A DNA stretch of 64,000 bases from Gemmatimonadales bacterium (GTDB taxonomy: Bacteria > Gemmatimonadota > Gemmatimonadetes > Gemmatimonadales > Gemmatimonadaceae), in NCBI GenBank assembly GCA_038330215.1, contig JBBQNT010000001.1, forward strand, positions 1,356-65,355. The letters run 5' to 3'. Position 1 is the stretch's first letter. Every line of letters begins with the position of its first letter. The notes beneath the pieces were generated by a model that saw only the letters and a program-made list of their open reading frames with translations, searched no databases and was not told where the DNA came from. Below are positions 62,700 through 64,000 of the stretch, one piece after another. The position numbers and the translations under genes were made by a program.

Positions 62700-64000
62700 T
62701 GCTGACGTCGACGTCGATGCAGAACCAGCTGCCAACAAGAGGGTGCGAAATCGAATCGGCGACGTCGGCGAACGATTCGGTGGAGCCCGCAAGGATCTCG
62801 CCACCAAGGGTGACCTTGATCTCCAAGACCAGCAGCGCTCGGATCCGCCACCACAACTCGCGCTAAAGGCTCTCTGGCCGCGGCCTTCATTCCGCGACTT
62901 GGCGATCGCCGGCGACGTCCAGGTGTCGTACGCACTGATGTACGCCGCGATCTACGACAGCATTCGTTCATCGCCTGTCCGTGCCTCGTACCGCCTGTAC
63001 GACGATGATTTCTTCGACCGCCAGTACACCCGCGGCATCGCCTTCCTGCGGCAGGCCTTCGAACAGCGCCGCTACCCGACGCTTGACGAATTGACGACTG
63101 CCTATCGTGCGCACATGGGTGCTAACCAGCCAGACGAGAAGTCCACAACCGTCGCTTCGTGCGCGCTCGGTCGGAATGGCAGGAAGAAAGGCTCTATCCG
63201 TCATCCACTCGCGCTGACCACAGAGCTGAAGACCCGCATTGCATGCCTGGCAGATCTCGGCTGGCCGCAGGATCCCCGAGTAAAAGACAACGATCGCTTC
63301 GGTGTCGACTATTTCGAGTACGACAGGCCGGATACCCACCACACAGGATGGCGCGCCGTCCGGACGAAAAGCGATACAGCGCACTTTCTCAACGAGGATC
63401 CACTGCCCGACCGCGCCTCGGCGCTCGTTGTTGCGCGCCAGGCCTTCGAAGCGTTTCTGATCGAGCGTGAGGCCTCGGACGCGGACACGGCCAAGACCGG
63501 AAAGAAGAAGCGGCCGGCTGCCATCCCAAGACGCCCGGAGCTGAATCGGCCTGCAGAGCGCGTCGGCCCTGACTGGCGTTCGGGTAGTCACGTGACGCCA
63601 GATCAGTTCATGGCCGAGTTCGGTTGGCGCGGGGTCGAGATCGGCCTGTGGGTGAGCCAGTCGGAAGCGCAAGGGTTTCTCGACACGGCATTCGATGCCC
63701 TCTGCGATCTATGCGAGCTACTTCACCAGCCGCGGACCTTCGCATCCTTGTTCGGAAGGCTCGGGATCGCGTATGGAAGTCGCGGTCGGGGCTTCATTGG
63801 TGGTGCTGCGCATTTCGACAGCGCGCGTCATCTGGTCCACATCACCAAGGCTCAGGGCGTCGGTGCACTCGCGCACGAGTTCGGTCACGCACTCGATCAG
63901 CATCTCTTCGGACGCAACGTCCCGTCGACGGCGGCCGTCTCCACGGACCACTACCTGTCCGCCGCCTACTTCACGGAGAAGCGGATCCGCGGAGTGATTC
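62686..64000 (+). CDS. N-terminal part of a large (polyvalent-type) protein with a zincin HExxH motif; 3' end outside window
   Basis: Not in the ORF track because no stop lies in the window. I translated 62686-64000 manually with no stop codon. ggag SD 7 nt upstream. FGWRGVEIGLWV...AFDALCDLCELL...GSRGRG...AAHFD...ITKAQGVGALAHEFGHALD. Confidence 0.7.
   Translation, partial: MDSINADVDVDAEPAANKRVRNRIGDVGERFGGARKDLATKGDLDLQDQQRSDPPPQLALKALWPRPSFRDLAIAGDVQVSYALMYAAIYDSIRSSPVRASYRLYDDDFFDRQYTRGIAFLRQAFEQRRYPTLDELTTAYRAHMGANQPDEKSTTVASCALGRNGRKKGSIRHPLALTTELKTRIACLADLGWPQDPRVKDNDRFGVDYFEYDRPDTHHTGWRAVRTKSDTAHFLNEDPLPDRASALVVARQAFEAFLIEREASDADTAKTGKKKRPAAIPRRPELNRPAERVGPDWRSGSHVTPDQFMAEFGWRGVEIGLWVSQSEAQGFLDTAFDALCDLCELLHQPRTFASLFGRLGIAYGSRGRGFIGGAAHFDSARHLVHITKAQGVGALAHEFGHALDQHLFGRNVPSTAAVSTDHYLSAAYFTEKRIRGVI

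Larger units (their letters stand above)
1..64000. mobile_element. segment of a large conjugative element (ICE or conjugative plasmid) with type IVB-like transfer genes; ends not in window
   Basis: Co-occurrence of T4 coupling protein, DotA/TraY-like protein, type IV pilus genes, topoisomerase III, tyrosine integrase, KfrA-like gene, TA-like module and several DNA methyltransferases. The same operator-like motif occurs on both sides of the integrase. Confidence 0.75.

Noticed and set aside
62968-63672. 234-aa minus-strand ORF near the window end
   Set aside because: It is antisense to an uninterrupted + frame (62686 to the window end) that has an SD, an HExxH motif and protein-like composition.
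1-64000. Search by eye for rRNA, tRNA, CRISPR arrays, IS elements or transposases and a relaxase
   Set aside because: None was recognised. The TniB-like ATPase has no transposase partner, and no regularly spaced repeat-spacer array or cloverleaf-like sequence was seen. Absence is by visual inspection only and should be confirmed with tRNAscan-SE, Infernal, ISfinder and MOBscan.

Overview
This is GC-rich DNA (about 60-65% G+C by eye) of proteobacterial type. It reads as one large conjugative element, either an ICE or a conjugative plasmid, rather than core chromosome, and neither element boundary is in the window. Left part (1-15.5 kb): type IV pilus genes (secretion-ATPase fragment, three prepilin-like genes, lytic transglycosylase), type IVB (IncI/Dot-Icm-like) transfer genes (DotL/TrbC-like coupling protein, DotA/TraY-like membrane protein), and a topoisomerase-IA-like gene split over two frames. 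Middle: a hipBA-like module; a topB operon (topoisomerase III, HerA-like ATPase, DnaQ-like exonuclease); exported-protein genes; and a visibly lower-GC cargo patch (about 26.3-33.1 kb). That patch holds an SRAP-like pseudogene, about 0.8 kb of palindrome-rich non-coding DNA and an operon with a Lit/ImmA-like zinc peptidase. It abuts a tyrosine-integrase operon and is followed by a KfrA-like gene and a SprT-like gene. Right part (42-64 kb): DNA-modification genes of anti-restriction type (two C5 methyltransferases, a 2048-aa N6-methylase plus SNF2-helicase polyvalent protein, and the start of a second polyvalent-type protein with a zincin motif), an ankyrin-repeat operon, and a tightly coupled RuvB-like / dual winged-helix / PUA-like / TniB-like operon. 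I saw no rRNA, tRNA, CRISPR array, transposase or relaxase. The strongest non-genic signals are two motifs. One is a 26-bp inverted repeat, GTGYGTA-N12-TACRCAC, overlapping -10-like hexamers at six (possibly seven) promoters across the element. The other is an exactly conserved 15-nt leader, TGAGAGACTGAGAGA, 5-15 nt upstream of four start codons. All protein family calls come from motif recognition by eye, with no searches run. Long antisense ORFs in the track are treated as high-GC shadow ORFs.
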